DNA from: Candidatus Saccharimonadota bacterium
GTDB lineage: Bacteria; Patescibacteriota; Saccharimonadia; Saccharimonadales; Saccharimonadaceae
NCBI GenBank assembly: GCA_016286785.1
Contig: JAEEUB010000003.1
Span: 2,328-66,327, forward strand
Length of the DNA: 64,000 nt
Reading direction: 5' to 3'
The translations under genes and the position numbers were made by a program. This document shows, piece by piece, positions 1 through 9,290 of this stretch (the first letter of the stretch is position 1; the number at the start of each line of letters is the position of its first letter). The notes below the pieces were generated by a model, which did no database searches, was not told where the DNA came from, and worked only from the letters and a program-made list of their open reading frames with translations.

Positions 1-13
1 ATATAAAAAGAGT

Positions 14-90
14 GGATTCGTAGCTCAGTTGGTTAGAGCGCTGCCCTGTCACGGCAGAGGTCGCGAGTTCGAGTCTCGTCGGATCCGCCA
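14..90 (+). tRNA. tRNA-Asp(GTC)
   Basis: GGATTCG/CGGATCC acceptor stem, anticodon arm CTGCC-CTGTCAC-GGCAG, GTTCGAG T-loop, encoded CCA. Confidence 0.97.
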
Positions 91-157
91 CTAGAAATTC
101 GCACCGTAAATATAGGGCGAATTTTTTGTTTTTTCGCACGTATGGTATAATGAGCTT

Positions 158-889
158 ATGGTAAAAAAAGGCGATACTCTAGTAGAAGTAACCCTAGCGG
201 TTGGTATTTTTTCTATGATCGCCATCGCCATAGTTGCAGTAATGAGTAACGGCGTCGCTAGTGCCCAAACGGCCCTTGAGACAACTCTAACCAGGGAAGA
301 GATTGATACTCAGGCCGAGGCTATACGTTTTATCCATTCTTCCTATATCGCTAACGTTAATCAAAAAGAGAATCCGTATGCAGAACTATGGAATGCAATA
401 GTAGATAAAGCCAAAACGTTCGAGCTAGCCCCCGAAGATTCAGAAATCCAATCAGTAGTACAATTCAACCCGTCCAGTTGTGAAGATTTATATAATCCTA
501 CCACCAGTCAAACTATTGGCCATGCCTTTATTATTAACCCTCGAAAACTGGCGAGCCTCAATGACCCTAGCAAGGTGGTTATTAGCCAAAGCCAAGACTC
601 AAACATGTTTAGGCCAGCCTCAACCTATCCACGCTTAGTGTATACCGACAAAACCAATGATGGAGAAGGACTACTAGAAAGAAAGGAAGAACTCTTTAGT
701 GTAGAAGGAATCTACGTAATCGCCGTAAAGGATAATAATACAACTGCGATTGGCAACGATAAAAGTTCTGCCTTCTACGATTTTTATATTCGTACTTGCT
801 GGTATGGCAACAAATCTAGCGATGCGTCCACTATCTCAACCGTAATGCGTCTATACGACCCAAATATAGTATCTGATAATTCTAATTAG
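158..889 (+). CDS. Type IV minor pilin / pseudopilin (PilV/GspI-like)
   Basis: N-terminus KKG|DTLVEVTLAVGIFSMIAIAIVAVM is a class III signal with E5; extended -10 TGGTATAAT lies 6 nt before the ATG. Confidence 0.85.
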   Translation: MVKKGDTLVEVTLAVGIFSMIAIAIVAVMSNGVASAQTALETTLTREEIDTQAEAIRFIHSSYIANVNQKENPYAELWNAIVDKAKTFELAPEDSEIQSVVQFNPSSCEDLYNPTTSQTIGHAFIINPRKLASLNDPSKVVISQSQDSNMFRPASTYPRLVYTDKTNDGEGLLERKEELFSVEGIYVIAVKDNNTTAIGNDKSSAFYDFYIRTCWYGNKSSDASTISTVMRLYDPNIVSDNSN

Positions 890-1820
890 TATCAGAGTGG
901 AATTTTTCGTGAATCTCGCGCAGATGTTTATCTGTTACATGGGTATATATCTGAGTAGTAGAAATATCGGCATGCCCGAGCATGGATTGTACCGACCTAA
1001 TGTCTGCCCCATTCATTAGTAAATCTGTGGCAAAAGAATGTCTAAGCGTATGAGGCGAAACGTGCTTAGTGATTCCAGCTAGTCTTGCGTATTTTTCGAC
1101 AACCCTTTCAACCGACCTTGCGGTCATCCGGCGAAAATTACCAGAAGTATCTACGGCTTGTTGATTTCTAGAATTATTAAGAAAGAGCGCCGGCAAAAAA
1201 TCCGTACGGGCATCAAGATAGTCTTGCACTCTATCGGCGCAGGCTTTACTGATAAAAATCGGCCGGTCTTTGCTGCCCTTACCCCGCACCACAAACTCGC
1301 GTTTTTTTAGATTGATTGAATCACGGTTAAGTCCAACTAGCTCGGAAACCCTTAACCCTCCAGAATAGAGTAACTCAATTATTGCCCTATCCCTTAATCC
1401 TGATTCTGTAGATAAATCAATTTGTGTTAATATGTCCTCCACTTCGTCAAAATGTAAAAACGTGACCTGTTTGCGATGCACGTGTGGCAAATCAACTAGG
1501 GAAGGATCGAGCGATTTGATATCGCGCCTTGCCAAATACTTCAAAAATCCCCTTAAGGCAATCAGGTGATACGCTTGAGTAATTGTTTTTAAATCATCTT
1601 TGCCATTTTCTGAGCCATAACGATTTAACTTGATGCGGTATTTTCTAAGAAGCTCTTTAGTAATGTCGCTAGGTTTTAGCTCATCCTTACCAGTTATTTC
1701 AAGTGCAATCTCAACAAACCTTTCAAGATAAAGCCTATAGTTTTCAACCGTTTTCTTGCTACGCCCAGACTCTACTTCTAGGTGTTCCAAAAAATCATTT
1801 ATTAAATCATAAATATCCAT
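882..1820 (-). CDS. xerC: XerC/XerD-family tyrosine recombinase
   Basis: GLRVSELVGL, GKGSKDR, HTLRHSFAT and LGHADISTTQIYTH motifs; start moved to MDIYDL (1820), 4 nt after the ackA stop. Confidence 0.9.
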   Translation of the reverse strand: MDIYDLINDFLEHLEVESGRSKKTVENYRLYLERFVEIALEITGKDELKPSDITKELLRKYRIKLNRYGSENGKDDLKTITQAYHLIALRGFLKYLARRDIKSLDPSLVDLPHVHRKQVTFLHFDEVEDILTQIDLSTESGLRDRAIIELLYSGGLRVSELVGLNRDSINLKKREFVVRGKGSKDRPIFISKACADRVQDYLDARTDFLPALFLNNSRNQQAVDTSGNFRRMTARSVERVVEKYARLAGITKHVSPHTLRHSFATDLLMNGADIRSVQSMLGHADISTTQIYTHVTDKHLREIHEKFHSDTN

Positions 1821-1824
1821 GTGA

Positions 1825-3018
1825 TTATTTGCAGAGCCTGTAGGCATCACGTATAATCATGATTTCTTCATTAGTTGGTTCAACGTAAACTGGTATTGTC
1901 GAATCTTCTGCAGTAATAATTCCACTGGTTATTTCTTTAAAGCTTGCGATTGCGTCATTTACTTCGCGGTTAATTTTGATTCCTAGCGGAGCCAAACCTT
2001 CGATAATTGACTCGCGAGTTTCGGATCCATTTTCAAGCACACCTGCGGTAAACACGATAGCATCCACCTTGCCGTTTAGCTCTAGGTAGTACTCTGCGAT
2101 ATAACGATCAATGCGGTCAACGTACATATCGAGCGCTAGTCTTGCATTTTCGTCTCCTTCCGCAATGGCTTTTTCTACGTCACGGTTATCATTAAATCCG
2201 CAAATTCCTAGTAGGCCAGATTTTTTGTTCAAAGCTTCGTCTATTTCGGCGTACGTCATGCCCGATTCATCAATCATGTATTTTATAATTGACGGATCAA
2301 TCGAGCCGGATCTAGTTCCCATCATTAATCCATCAAGAGGCGTTAGACCCATTGTGGTGTCAAAACTTTTTCCATCTTTAACGGCCGTAATACTAGCTCC
2401 CGAACCAACATGGCAAACAATTAAATTAATCTTTTCTTTACCAAGCTTTTTTTGCATTACCTCGGTAATGTATTTGTGACTCGTTCCATGGAAGCCATAT
2501 TTTCTGACGCCGAATTTTTCGTACCATTCCATTGGCACGGGATACATGTACTGGACCTTTGGGATTGTTTGGTGAAATGCAGTATCAAACACTGCAATTT
2601 GAGCAGCATTAGGCAAAGCTTTTTGCATTGCTTTTATCCCAGCGATATTGCCAGGATGATGGAGTGGCCCAAGCTTAGTAAGATCTTTTATATCTTTTAA
2701 AACTTGCTCATCGATTATTACTGATTTTGCATACTTCTCGCCACCATGCAAAACTCTATGCCCAACGCCATGTATCTCTTCTAGGCTCTTAACTGCCCCA
2801 TAATTAATCAACTCCTCAAGCATAACCTTTGCCGCTTCTGCGTGATTTTTAATCGGCTTAGCAGTTTCGGTCTTTTTGCCTTCATATTTAATAGTGTAAA
2901 AACTATCACTAGCTCCAATTTTTTCTACATAACCACCAATGATGGATATTTCTGCGGGCATTTCGTATAGTTGGAATTTTAAAGATGATGAGCCAGCATT
3001 AACGCATAATATTTTCAT
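1825..3018 (-). CDS. ackA: Acetate kinase
   Basis: NAGSSSLK, GHRVLHGG, APLHHP-like GPLHHP, FDTAFHQT, YGFHGTSH, GTRSGSIDP and PTNEE motifs; GGAG SD upstream. Confidence 0.97.
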   Translation of the reverse strand: MKILCVNAGSSSLKFQLYEMPAEISIIGGYVEKIGASDSFYTIKYEGKKTETAKPIKNHAEAAKVMLEELINYGAVKSLEEIHGVGHRVLHGGEKYAKSVIIDEQVLKDIKDLTKLGPLHHPGNIAGIKAMQKALPNAAQIAVFDTAFHQTIPKVQYMYPVPMEWYEKFGVRKYGFHGTSHKYITEVMQKKLGKEKINLIVCHVGSGASITAVKDGKSFDTTMGLTPLDGLMMGTRSGSIDPSIIKYMIDESGMTYAEIDEALNKKSGLLGICGFNDNRDVEKAIAEGDENARLALDMYVDRIDRYIAEYYLELNGKVDAIVFTAGVLENGSETRESIIEGLAPLGIKINREVNDAIASFKEITSGIITAEDSTIPVYVEPTNEEIMIIRDAYRLCK

Positions 3019-3071
3019 TTTTTCTCTCCATTATTTTCGTTAATTATACCACGAAATTGACGCCAGGCTTT

Positions 3072-3803
3072 TTATAATACCTTTTTTAAAAACTCCCGTA
3101 CTCTAGGAGTTTTAGGATGATTAAAGAATTCGTTTGGTGCACCTTCTTCAATAATCTTACCTTTGTCAATAAAAACGATTCTAGTTGCAATTTCTTTAGC
3201 AAAACTCATTTCGTGCGTAACTATCATAATCGTCATGCCGCGGTCTGCGAGTTCGCGAATTAGGCTAAGAACGTCCCCAATAGATTCTGGATCTAGCGCA
3301 GAAGTAGGTTCGTCAAACAGCAAAACCTCTGGAGACATCATCATCGCGCGGATAATTGCTACGCGCTGCTTTTGTCCGCCCGAAAGCGAAGCTGGATAGG
3401 CCTCTGCCTTAGAAGACAAACCAATATGTTTTAAAAGCTCTAGTGCTCGCTTTCTAGCCTCATCTTTTTTCATCACCTTTAGTTTTACTGGCGCTAGTAT
3501 TAAATTTTCCATCACCGTCATATTAGAAATCAAGTTAAAATGTTGGAATACCATACCGATATTTCGGCGAATTTTGCGAATGTTTTTACTGGTCACGAGT
3601 TCGCCATCAAGATAGATTTCTCCAGCCGTAGGCTCCTCCATCCAGTTGATGCATCTTAAAAAAGTCGATTTTCCTGACCCAGACGGCCCCAGCACTACCA
3701 CTCGTTCGCCTTCTAGTAATCTAAAATTAATGCCATTTATTACTTTGTTCTTACCGAATGATTTGTGTAGATTTTTAATAACAAGCTCAGTATTTTCTTC
3801 CAT
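3072..3803 (-). CDS. Polar amino acid ABC transporter ATP-binding protein (GlnQ-like)
   Basis: GPSGSGKST Walker A, LSGGQKQR signature, LLFDEPTSALDPE, VTHEM. Confidence 0.95.
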   Translation of the reverse strand: MEENTELVIKNLHKSFGKNKVINGINFRLLEGERVVVLGPSGSGKSTFLRCINWMEEPTAGEIYLDGELVTSKNIRKIRRNIGMVFQHFNLISNMTVMENLILAPVKLKVMKKDEARKRALELLKHIGLSSKAEAYPASLSGGQKQRVAIIRAMMMSPEVLLFDEPTSALDPESIGDVLSLIRELADRGMTIMIVTHEMSFAKEIATRIVFIDKGKIIEEGAPNEFFNHPKTPRVREFLKKVL

Positions 3804-4507
3804 TATTCCTCCGTCCTTAAGTCGCTTTTTCTAAGGTTCTTTTCAATCCGTTTTACGATAAAAGTAATAAGGTAGATAGTCCCAAGATAGAACAGTGCCG
3901 CCGTAACCATCGGCACCAAGTAGCTTGCCATATTTTGGCCAGACCCAATATCCTTTGCGGCCATGTTTAAATCATACATGCCTACCATACTTACTATCGC
4001 TGTTTCTTTGATCACTGTAATAATTTCGTTACCGAGTGCTGGAATAATGTTTTTAATGGCTTGCGGCGCTACAATCTTAAAGAAAATCGTGCGATTAGAT
4101 AATCCTAGCGCCAGTCCTGCCTCGGTTTGGCCCTTATCGACCGACAAAATTCCACCCCTAACCACTTCTGACGTGTATGCGGCCGAATTTAGGCCAAAGG
4201 CGATGATAGCTATAATAATGCTAGGAAATCCTTTTATCGCAAAAATCACAAAGAACATGATAAAAAGCTGTAAAGCCATCGGCGTCCCCCGTATTACCGT
4301 GGTGTAAATTTTGCAAATAAACTTTGGTACCACCATCCATTTAGTTGGCTTTGCGACATCGATTAGAGCTATCAACGTCCCGAGCGCCACCCCAATTAAG
4401 ATAGCAAAATAGGAAATCTGAATTGTTAGCAAAAACCCATGTAGCAGGGAATCAATGTATTCTGGCGTACTAAATAATTCGCCTATCTTGCTAAAAAAAT
4501 CACTCAT
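3803..4507 (-). CDS. Polar amino acid ABC transporter permease
   Basis: RGTP motif, AYTSEVVRGGILSVDKGQTEAGLALG (EAA loop), PQA. Confidence 0.95.
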   Translation of the reverse strand: MSDFFSKIGELFSTPEYIDSLLHGFLLTIQISYFAILIGVALGTLIALIDVAKPTKWMVVPKFICKIYTTVIRGTPMALQLFIMFFVIFAIKGFPSIIIAIIAFGLNSAAYTSEVVRGGILSVDKGQTEAGLALGLSNRTIFFKIVAPQAIKNIIPALGNEIITVIKETAIVSMVGMYDLNMAAKDIGSGQNMASYLVPMVTAALFYLGTIYLITFIVKRIEKNLRKSDLRTEE

Positions 4508-5351
4508 CGTAAAGCCCCATATATTTTAAAACTAATTTATCGATCTCGCTTTGGCCGCCCGCATCTTTTGTTAGCATTTCGCCTAGAACTTCATTAAACG
4601 CTTCAAGAAGCTCTCCGCGCGATCTATTTACAGCAATCGCATAGGATTCCTCTACTGGATAATCTTCTTCTCTTGTGGCACCGGAGTAATATAAGGGCAG
4701 AGCATCAAGTTCAGGATTCTTCTCTATTATAAATTTCGCCGCTAGCTCATCCGCAATAGCGTAGTCAACAATATGCGAATTGATAGCGTCTGCGGCTAGC
4801 TGATGCGAATCGATACCTTTAATCTTGGTATCCGTGCCAGACAAAACACCATTTTTAATTTCATCGTCAACAAAAATGTATCCCGTGCTACCGATTTGTG
4901 ACCCAAGCGTATAATCCGCCAACGCCTCCCATACTACATGATCGTCTCGTAAGGTAGGCGGAAAATTGCGATTAAAAATTACGTATTGTACAGACGTATA
5001 GTAGGGAATCGTAAAGCTAACTTTTTCCTCGCGCGCCGGCGTGATAGTCAACCCAGCGGCCCCCGCATCGGCAATTCTTCCGGCTTCGACGTTATCAATT
5101 ATAACGTCAAATTCCACATTTTTAACCTGAATCGTTTTGTTTAGTTTTTTGGCTACGCGGTCGATAATATCTATGTCTACCCCCACAATCTTGCGGTTTT
5201 CATAAAACTCAAAAGGAGCAAAAAACGCATTAGTTTCTACTACGTAGTCAGAGTCTTTATCGCCCTGAATAGAGAAAAACACACTAGCCCCCATCCCAAC
5301 CGTCACAAAAACAAATAGTATGATGCCAAGCGTGCTTTTAACCTTATGCAT
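4500..5351 (-). CDS. Polar amino acid ABC transporter substrate-binding protein (PBPb)
   Basis: FAPFEF, GVDIDI, TITPAREEKVSFTIPYY; N-terminal membrane anchor. Confidence 0.92.
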   Translation of the reverse strand: MHKVKSTLGIILFVFVTVGMGASVFFSIQGDKDSDYVVETNAFFAPFEFYENRKIVGVDIDIIDRVAKKLNKTIQVKNVEFDVIIDNVEAGRIADAGAAGLTITPAREEKVSFTIPYYTSVQYVIFNRNFPPTLRDDHVVWEALADYTLGSQIGSTGYIFVDDEIKNGVLSGTDTKIKGIDSHQLAADAINSHIVDYAIADELAAKFIIEKNPELDALPLYYSGATREEDYPVEESYAIAVNRSRGELLEAFNEVLGEMLTKDAGGQSEIDKLVLKYMGLYDE

Positions 5352-5418
5352 AATGTAATTATATATTATTTTCTTAGCTTGGTCTATAAAAAACTAAGGG
5401 ATATGATAAAATATAGCC

Positions 5419-6438
5419 ATGGCAATAGAGAGGTTAGTAGAGCCCACGGCGGCAGAAAATGATTCCGAAGAAGAAATGATAGAGATTTCTCTTCGCCCCA
5501 CCTCCTTTAATGAATATATCGGGCAGGAACATCTCAAAAATAATATCAAATTAGCTATTGATGCAGTAAAAAAGCGTAACGATGGCGCCACTCTTGATCA
5601 CGTTCTGCTTTATGGCCCACCAGGATTAGGAAAAACCACAATGGCTGGCGTAATTGCACACGAACTCGGTGCCTCGCTTAGGGTTACTAGCGGTCCAGCA
5701 ATCGAAAGAGCCGGCGACCTGGCTTCTATTCTCACCAACTTAAAAGATGGCGACGTATTATTCATAGACGAAATTCACCGTTTGCGCAGGGCGGTAGAGG
5801 AAATCCTCTATTCGGCCATGGAGGATTACAAACTAGACATTGTTATCGGTAAAGGTCCAGCGGCACGCAGTGTACGGCTAGATTTACCTAGGTTTACTGT
5901 TATTGGTGCAACTACCCGTACTGGTTCGCTAGCTGGGCCACTACGGGATCGTTTTGGTATTATTCACCGGCTAGAATACTACAAAGAGCCAGAGATTGAG
6001 CAAATTATTAATCGTACTGCAGGAATTTTAAATACCAAAATACTGCCTGAGGCCACGGGACTTCTTGCAACACGCTCCCGTTTGACGCCTAGAATCGCCA
6101 ATCGCCTCTTTAAACGCGTTAGAGATTTTGCGGATGTAAATGGTGATGGCATAGTGGATCGGGAAATCGCTACGCGCTCGCTTAAATTAATGGAAATAGA
6201 TGAGCTAGGTCTTGACCCGGCAGATCGCAACATGTTAGAGCTAATGTATAGTAATTATGGCGATAGGCCAGTAGGATTAACCACGATTGCGGCGCTCACT
6301 GGCGACGAAGCCTCAACGATCGAGGATTATTATGAGCCGTATCTGTTGCAGATGGGGTTAATCGCACGCACGTCACGGGGGCGCGTAGTCACAGAAAAGG
6401 GAAAGACACACTTGAAAAATTATAAAAATAAGTTATAA
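5419..6438 (+). CDS. ruvB: Holliday junction branch migration helicase RuvB
   Basis: [48 protein letters not shown]. Confidence 0.98.
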   Translation: MAIERLVEPTAAENDSEEEMIEISLRPTSFNEYIGQEHLKNNIKLAIDAVKKRNDGATLDHVLLYGPPGLGKTTMAGVIAHELGASLRVTSGPAIERAGDLASILTNLKDGDVLFIDEIHRLRRAVEEILYSAMEDYKLDIVIGKGPAARSVRLDLPRFTVIGATTRTGSLAGPLRDRFGIIHRLEYYKEPEIEQIINRTAGILNTKILPEATGLLATRSRLTPRIANRLFKRVRDFADVNGDGIVDREIATRSLKLMEIDELGLDPADRNMLELMYSNYGDRPVGLTTIAALTGDEASTIEDYYEPYLLQMGLIARTSRGRVVTEKGKTHLKNYKNKL

Positions 6439-6456
6439 TTGCCTTGAAGGAGCGAT

Positions 6457-7020
6457 ATGGACGAAAATTTAGTAAAAATCCGTCACGAAAGAAGTAAAAA
6501 AGACTTCCCGGGTGTGAGTTTCCGCGACGACGAATACGTAGAATATGCCTTTACCAGGGCCAAAGTATGCCTTTTGGGCATCCTTACAGCAACCTTTTGC
6601 GGATTAATTATTATCCTCTTAGCGTTTTTATTTACGCTTCTCGCTCAAAATCAAATAGACGAGATGGGAAGGCGCTTCCTCTTTATAATCTTATTTGCCC
6701 TTCTAGCATCGGCTATTATCATTTGCTTGGTTTCCATTAGAATTCACAATGGAAACCGTCTTTTTGTCACGAACCGACGCGTAATCCAGTTAGTAATGAA
6801 TACATTGGTGTCAAGCTCTATAAACGTAATTGACTTGTCTTCGGTTGAAGACGCAAGCTTTAGGCAGGACACAATTTTACAAAGAATGTTTCACTATGGC
6901 ACGTTACGCCTTGCTACAGTCGGCGACGAAACTACCTATACATTTAAATACTCAAATATCTCTCCAGAAGAACTAAAAGGCGTATCCAAACTAATCTCAG
7001 CCGCAAAAAAGAACAAATAA
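6457..7020 (+). CDS. Membrane protein with bacterial PH (bPH_2-like) domain
   Basis: Two TM helices followed by LFVTNRRVI...QRMFHYGTLRLAT; GAAGGAG SD. Confidence 0.7.
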   Translation: MDENLVKIRHERSKKDFPGVSFRDDEYVEYAFTRAKVCLLGILTATFCGLIIILLAFLFTLLAQNQIDEMGRRFLFIILFALLASAIIICLVSIRIHNGNRLFVTNRRVIQLVMNTLVSSSINVIDLSSVEDASFRQDTILQRMFHYGTLRLATVGDETTYTFKYSNISPEELKGVSKLISAAKKNK

Positions 7021-7030
7021 ATTTATAGCA

Positions 7031-7417
7031 CTAATGGCGACTATATTTTATATAAGTATCCTCTTTTTCAAGGTCTGATTTTAAAACATATTCTTTACAT
7101 TTGCCGTTATTGCAATTAGCAGCTTCGTAATGATAAGAGCTATGAGGGTCGCCTAAATTATATCCAGACGGGTCAGTCCAAAGGGCCGGGTCGATTACGG
7201 TGATATTTTGCTCCGAAATCGACTCGGGATAATAACCATTTTGAGAATAAAAACTTTCCTCGAGTGCATAATACATAGCATTGATGGCGATTTTGCGATC
7301 TTCGTCTCGCTCCATTGCATCAATGTTAGATTTTTGAACCAAAAATAGTATCAGTAAAAGCCCAGCAAAAACTGCAACGATGCTAATTTCTAAAATTGTA
7401 AAACCTTGTTTTTTCAT
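7031..7417 (-). CDS. Type IV pilin / GspG-like pseudopilin
   Basis: MKKQG|FTILEISIVAV class III signal; RDEDRK..IN...YALE..Y...GYYP pattern; TGTTATAAT shortly before the ATG. Confidence 0.85.
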   Translation of the reverse strand: MKKQGFTILEISIVAVFAGLLLILFLVQKSNIDAMERDEDRKIAINAMYYALEESFYSQNGYYPESISEQNITVIDPALWTDPSGYNLGDPHSSYHYEAANCNNGKCKEYVLKSDLEKEDTYIKYSRH

Positions 7418-7433
7418 AACTAAATTATAACAC

Positions 7434-7465
7434 AAAAGAATCGCCCGGGCTTTTGGCCCGGGCGA
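7434..7465 (-). terminator. Intrinsic terminator of the GC-rich gene 7475-7912
   Basis: TCGCCCGGGC/GCCCGGGCGA 10-bp stem followed by a U-rich tract on the minus strand. Confidence 0.75.
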
Positions 7466-7474
7466 AAGGGGGGG

Positions 7475-7912
7475 CTAGTTGTCCGAGGCGTAGGTCGACT
7501 TGTACTCGTCGACAACATCCTGCCCGTAGTTGTCGGCGAGCTTGGGCCCGATGTCCATCCAGCCAAAATGTGAATCTGGATAGTACTCTGCAAAGAACTT
7601 GTTGACCTGCCCGGCTCCCTGAACCATCAGGCGGCAAGTTCCCCAGAAGAAGATTATCTTCCCTGCTGAACCATCCAGCTGTACGAGCTTCGTCAGCTCG
7701 GTGACGCTAGCCTCAATGTACTCTGGCACGCTAAGCCTGGAGGTGTGATCGCGGAGGTATTCGAGCTTGAACTTAAGCTCGATTTTCAGGCTCTGGTCCC
7801 AGAAGCTCGCCACCATCATACCGATAGCGGTGCCACTCGGCCCGCCTCCGATGTCGTAACGTCTTATCTCGCCCACACTGACTCCTTCCAAAGTTCTACC
7901 TTGGTGTATCAT
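7475..7912 (-). CDS. Hypothetical protein (GC-rich orphan)
   Basis: 145-aa ORF with TTGACT-17-TATTAT promoter, AAAGGTG SD and its own terminator. Confidence 0.7.
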   Translation of the reverse strand: MIHQGRTLEGVSVGEIRRYDIGGGPSGTAIGMMVASFWDQSLKIELKFKLEYLRDHTSRLSVPEYIEASVTELTKLVQLDGSAGKIIFFWGTCRLMVQGAGQVNKFFAEYYPDSHFGWMDIGPKLADNYGQDVVDEYKSTYASDN

Positions 7913-8039
7913 TTAACACACCTTTAACCGGTCAATAGCAATATAATAACATACCGAGTTGAATAAGTCAAGTAAAAGGATTATTAAGACAAAAAAGCCC
8001 GGCCGGAGCCAGGCTTCTCGAGTTCGTCGCGCTTTGCGA

Positions 8040-8825
8040 CTAGCTAGAAAGGATGACGATCTCAGCGAGTTTATCGACATGAAGCAAAGTCATATCAAAG
8101 ATGGGTTTTCCAATCTTGGAGGAGTTGATAAACCCATCCAGTCCAACGCTAAACAGGACGATGGCATCAGGTTTCATCCCGCAAAATGAAAAACCTTCTA
8201 TAAAGCTCACGATGGACTTCTGTAAGGTTGAGGTTACAGTACCACCCTGAATCGTCGAGATGATTGCCCGATTGATGGCATCAATCTCATCTGGGTGGTT
8301 CCGAAGGCCCATCACTTGGATGCCGTGTCGGCCAGAGAAAAAGTTAGTCATATATCCCTCCGTCATGACACGCCTACTCCCAAGTAACAGGATACGCCTA
8401 AAGTTACTCTCTTTCAGTTTCTCGGCGACAAGATCACCTGGATGAAGAAAACGTGGATACTCTCGACTACGGTGTCGATAGTTATCGACTGCCCATTTAA
8501 CATCCTTAGCATCCCGATACATACCCGGATCGGAAAAAGTGACGTAGTCGCACCCACTCATCATGAGATTGCAGGCCTGGACGGAAAGAGCGTTTCTTCT
8601 AAGACTGGCATCCTCAAAATCGTAGTAGTTTTCAACATCGACCCCTACAATCTTAGCACCGCCTATATCGGCGTACGCATCGCAGGAAGGTTGCTGATCG
8701 TATGAATCTACGATCGCAACATCTGCGCTCCTACCTGTCGACCAGAAGACTGTCCGCTTGATCAGGCCGCAATACGGTTCGCACGATCCACTACCCTTCG
8801 TCCCGATAATTCCGACTCGGCTCAT
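8040..8825 (-). CDS. Divergent aspartate/glutamate racemase-family (YgeA/RacX-like) protein lacking both catalytic cysteines
   Basis: MSRVGIIG, HPGDLVAEKLK, RILLLGSRRVMTEGY and KPIFDMTLLHVD align with the family pattern; GAAAGGTG SD. Confidence 0.7.
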   Translation of the reverse strand: MSRVGIIGTKGSGSCEPYCGLIKRTVFWSTGRSADVAIVDSYDQQPSCDAYADIGGAKIVGVDVENYYDFEDASLRRNALSVQACNLMMSGCDYVTFSDPGMYRDAKDVKWAVDNYRHRSREYPRFLHPGDLVAEKLKESNFRRILLLGSRRVMTEGYMTNFFSGRHGIQVMGLRNHPDEIDAINRAIISTIQGGTVTSTLQKSIVSFIEGFSFCGMKPDAIVLFSVGLDGFINSSKIGKPIFDMTLLHVDKLAEIVILSS

Positions 8826-8962
8826 TTTTTGCACACCTTTCTAATCTGAATGTACCAACCAATTATTAGACTTTAGTAGCCCACCAAATACTAGTACTGA
8901 TGGTTTTACAGACACTATAGCACTTTTTAATAGATGTGGCAATTATGATGCTTACACGGCCT

Positions 8963-9118
8963 GTTCGCGTGGTTCCTAATCAAAAAAGGCTCACTGGAGC
9001 CAATTCTTGGTGGTACCGGGTGGTCTTGAACCACCGCACCGAAGGTTCGCGTGGTTCCTAGTCAAAAAAGGCTCATTGGAGCCAATTCTTGGTGGTACCG
9101 GGTGGTCTTGAACCACCG
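8963..9118. repeat. 74-bp direct repeat (8963-9036 and 9045-9118, 2 mismatches) duplicating the tRNA-CAT 3' arm and its terminator
   Basis: Direct reading of both copies; 8-bp spacer CACCGAAG. Confidence 0.93.
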
Positions 9119-9166
9119 ACCTTGGGCTTATGAGTCCCACGCTCTAACCAGCTGAGCTACGGTACC
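9090..9166 (-). tRNA. tRNA with CAT anticodon, non-initiator (probably elongator Met)
   Basis: GGTACCG/CGGTACC acceptor stem, loop CTCATAA, GGTTCAAG T-loop, CCA; G1-C72 paired. Confidence 0.93.
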
Positions 9167-9290
9167 ATGCGTAACATTATATCACATATTTTATTGTTTT
9201 TGCGAGTAAAGAGAAAAAACGATTTCTTGAGGCATAAAAAGCTAGAATAATCACAACGCATTTTTATCCTGCTTGTGCTATAATAAAAAC

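Noticed and set aside
882-1820. Xer-like gene as a prophage/ICE integrase at tRNA-Asp
   Set aside because: Size and motifs fit chromosomal XerC/D; no att duplicate of the tRNA-Asp end or mobile cargo nearby
7959-8189. 76-aa plus-strand ORF
   Set aside because: TTG start, overlaps the racemase-like gene antisense and its terminator region; probably a shadow ORF
8963-9118. CRISPR array or mini-array
   Set aside because: Only two 74-bp copies that contain tRNA sequence, an 8-bp spacer and no cas genes
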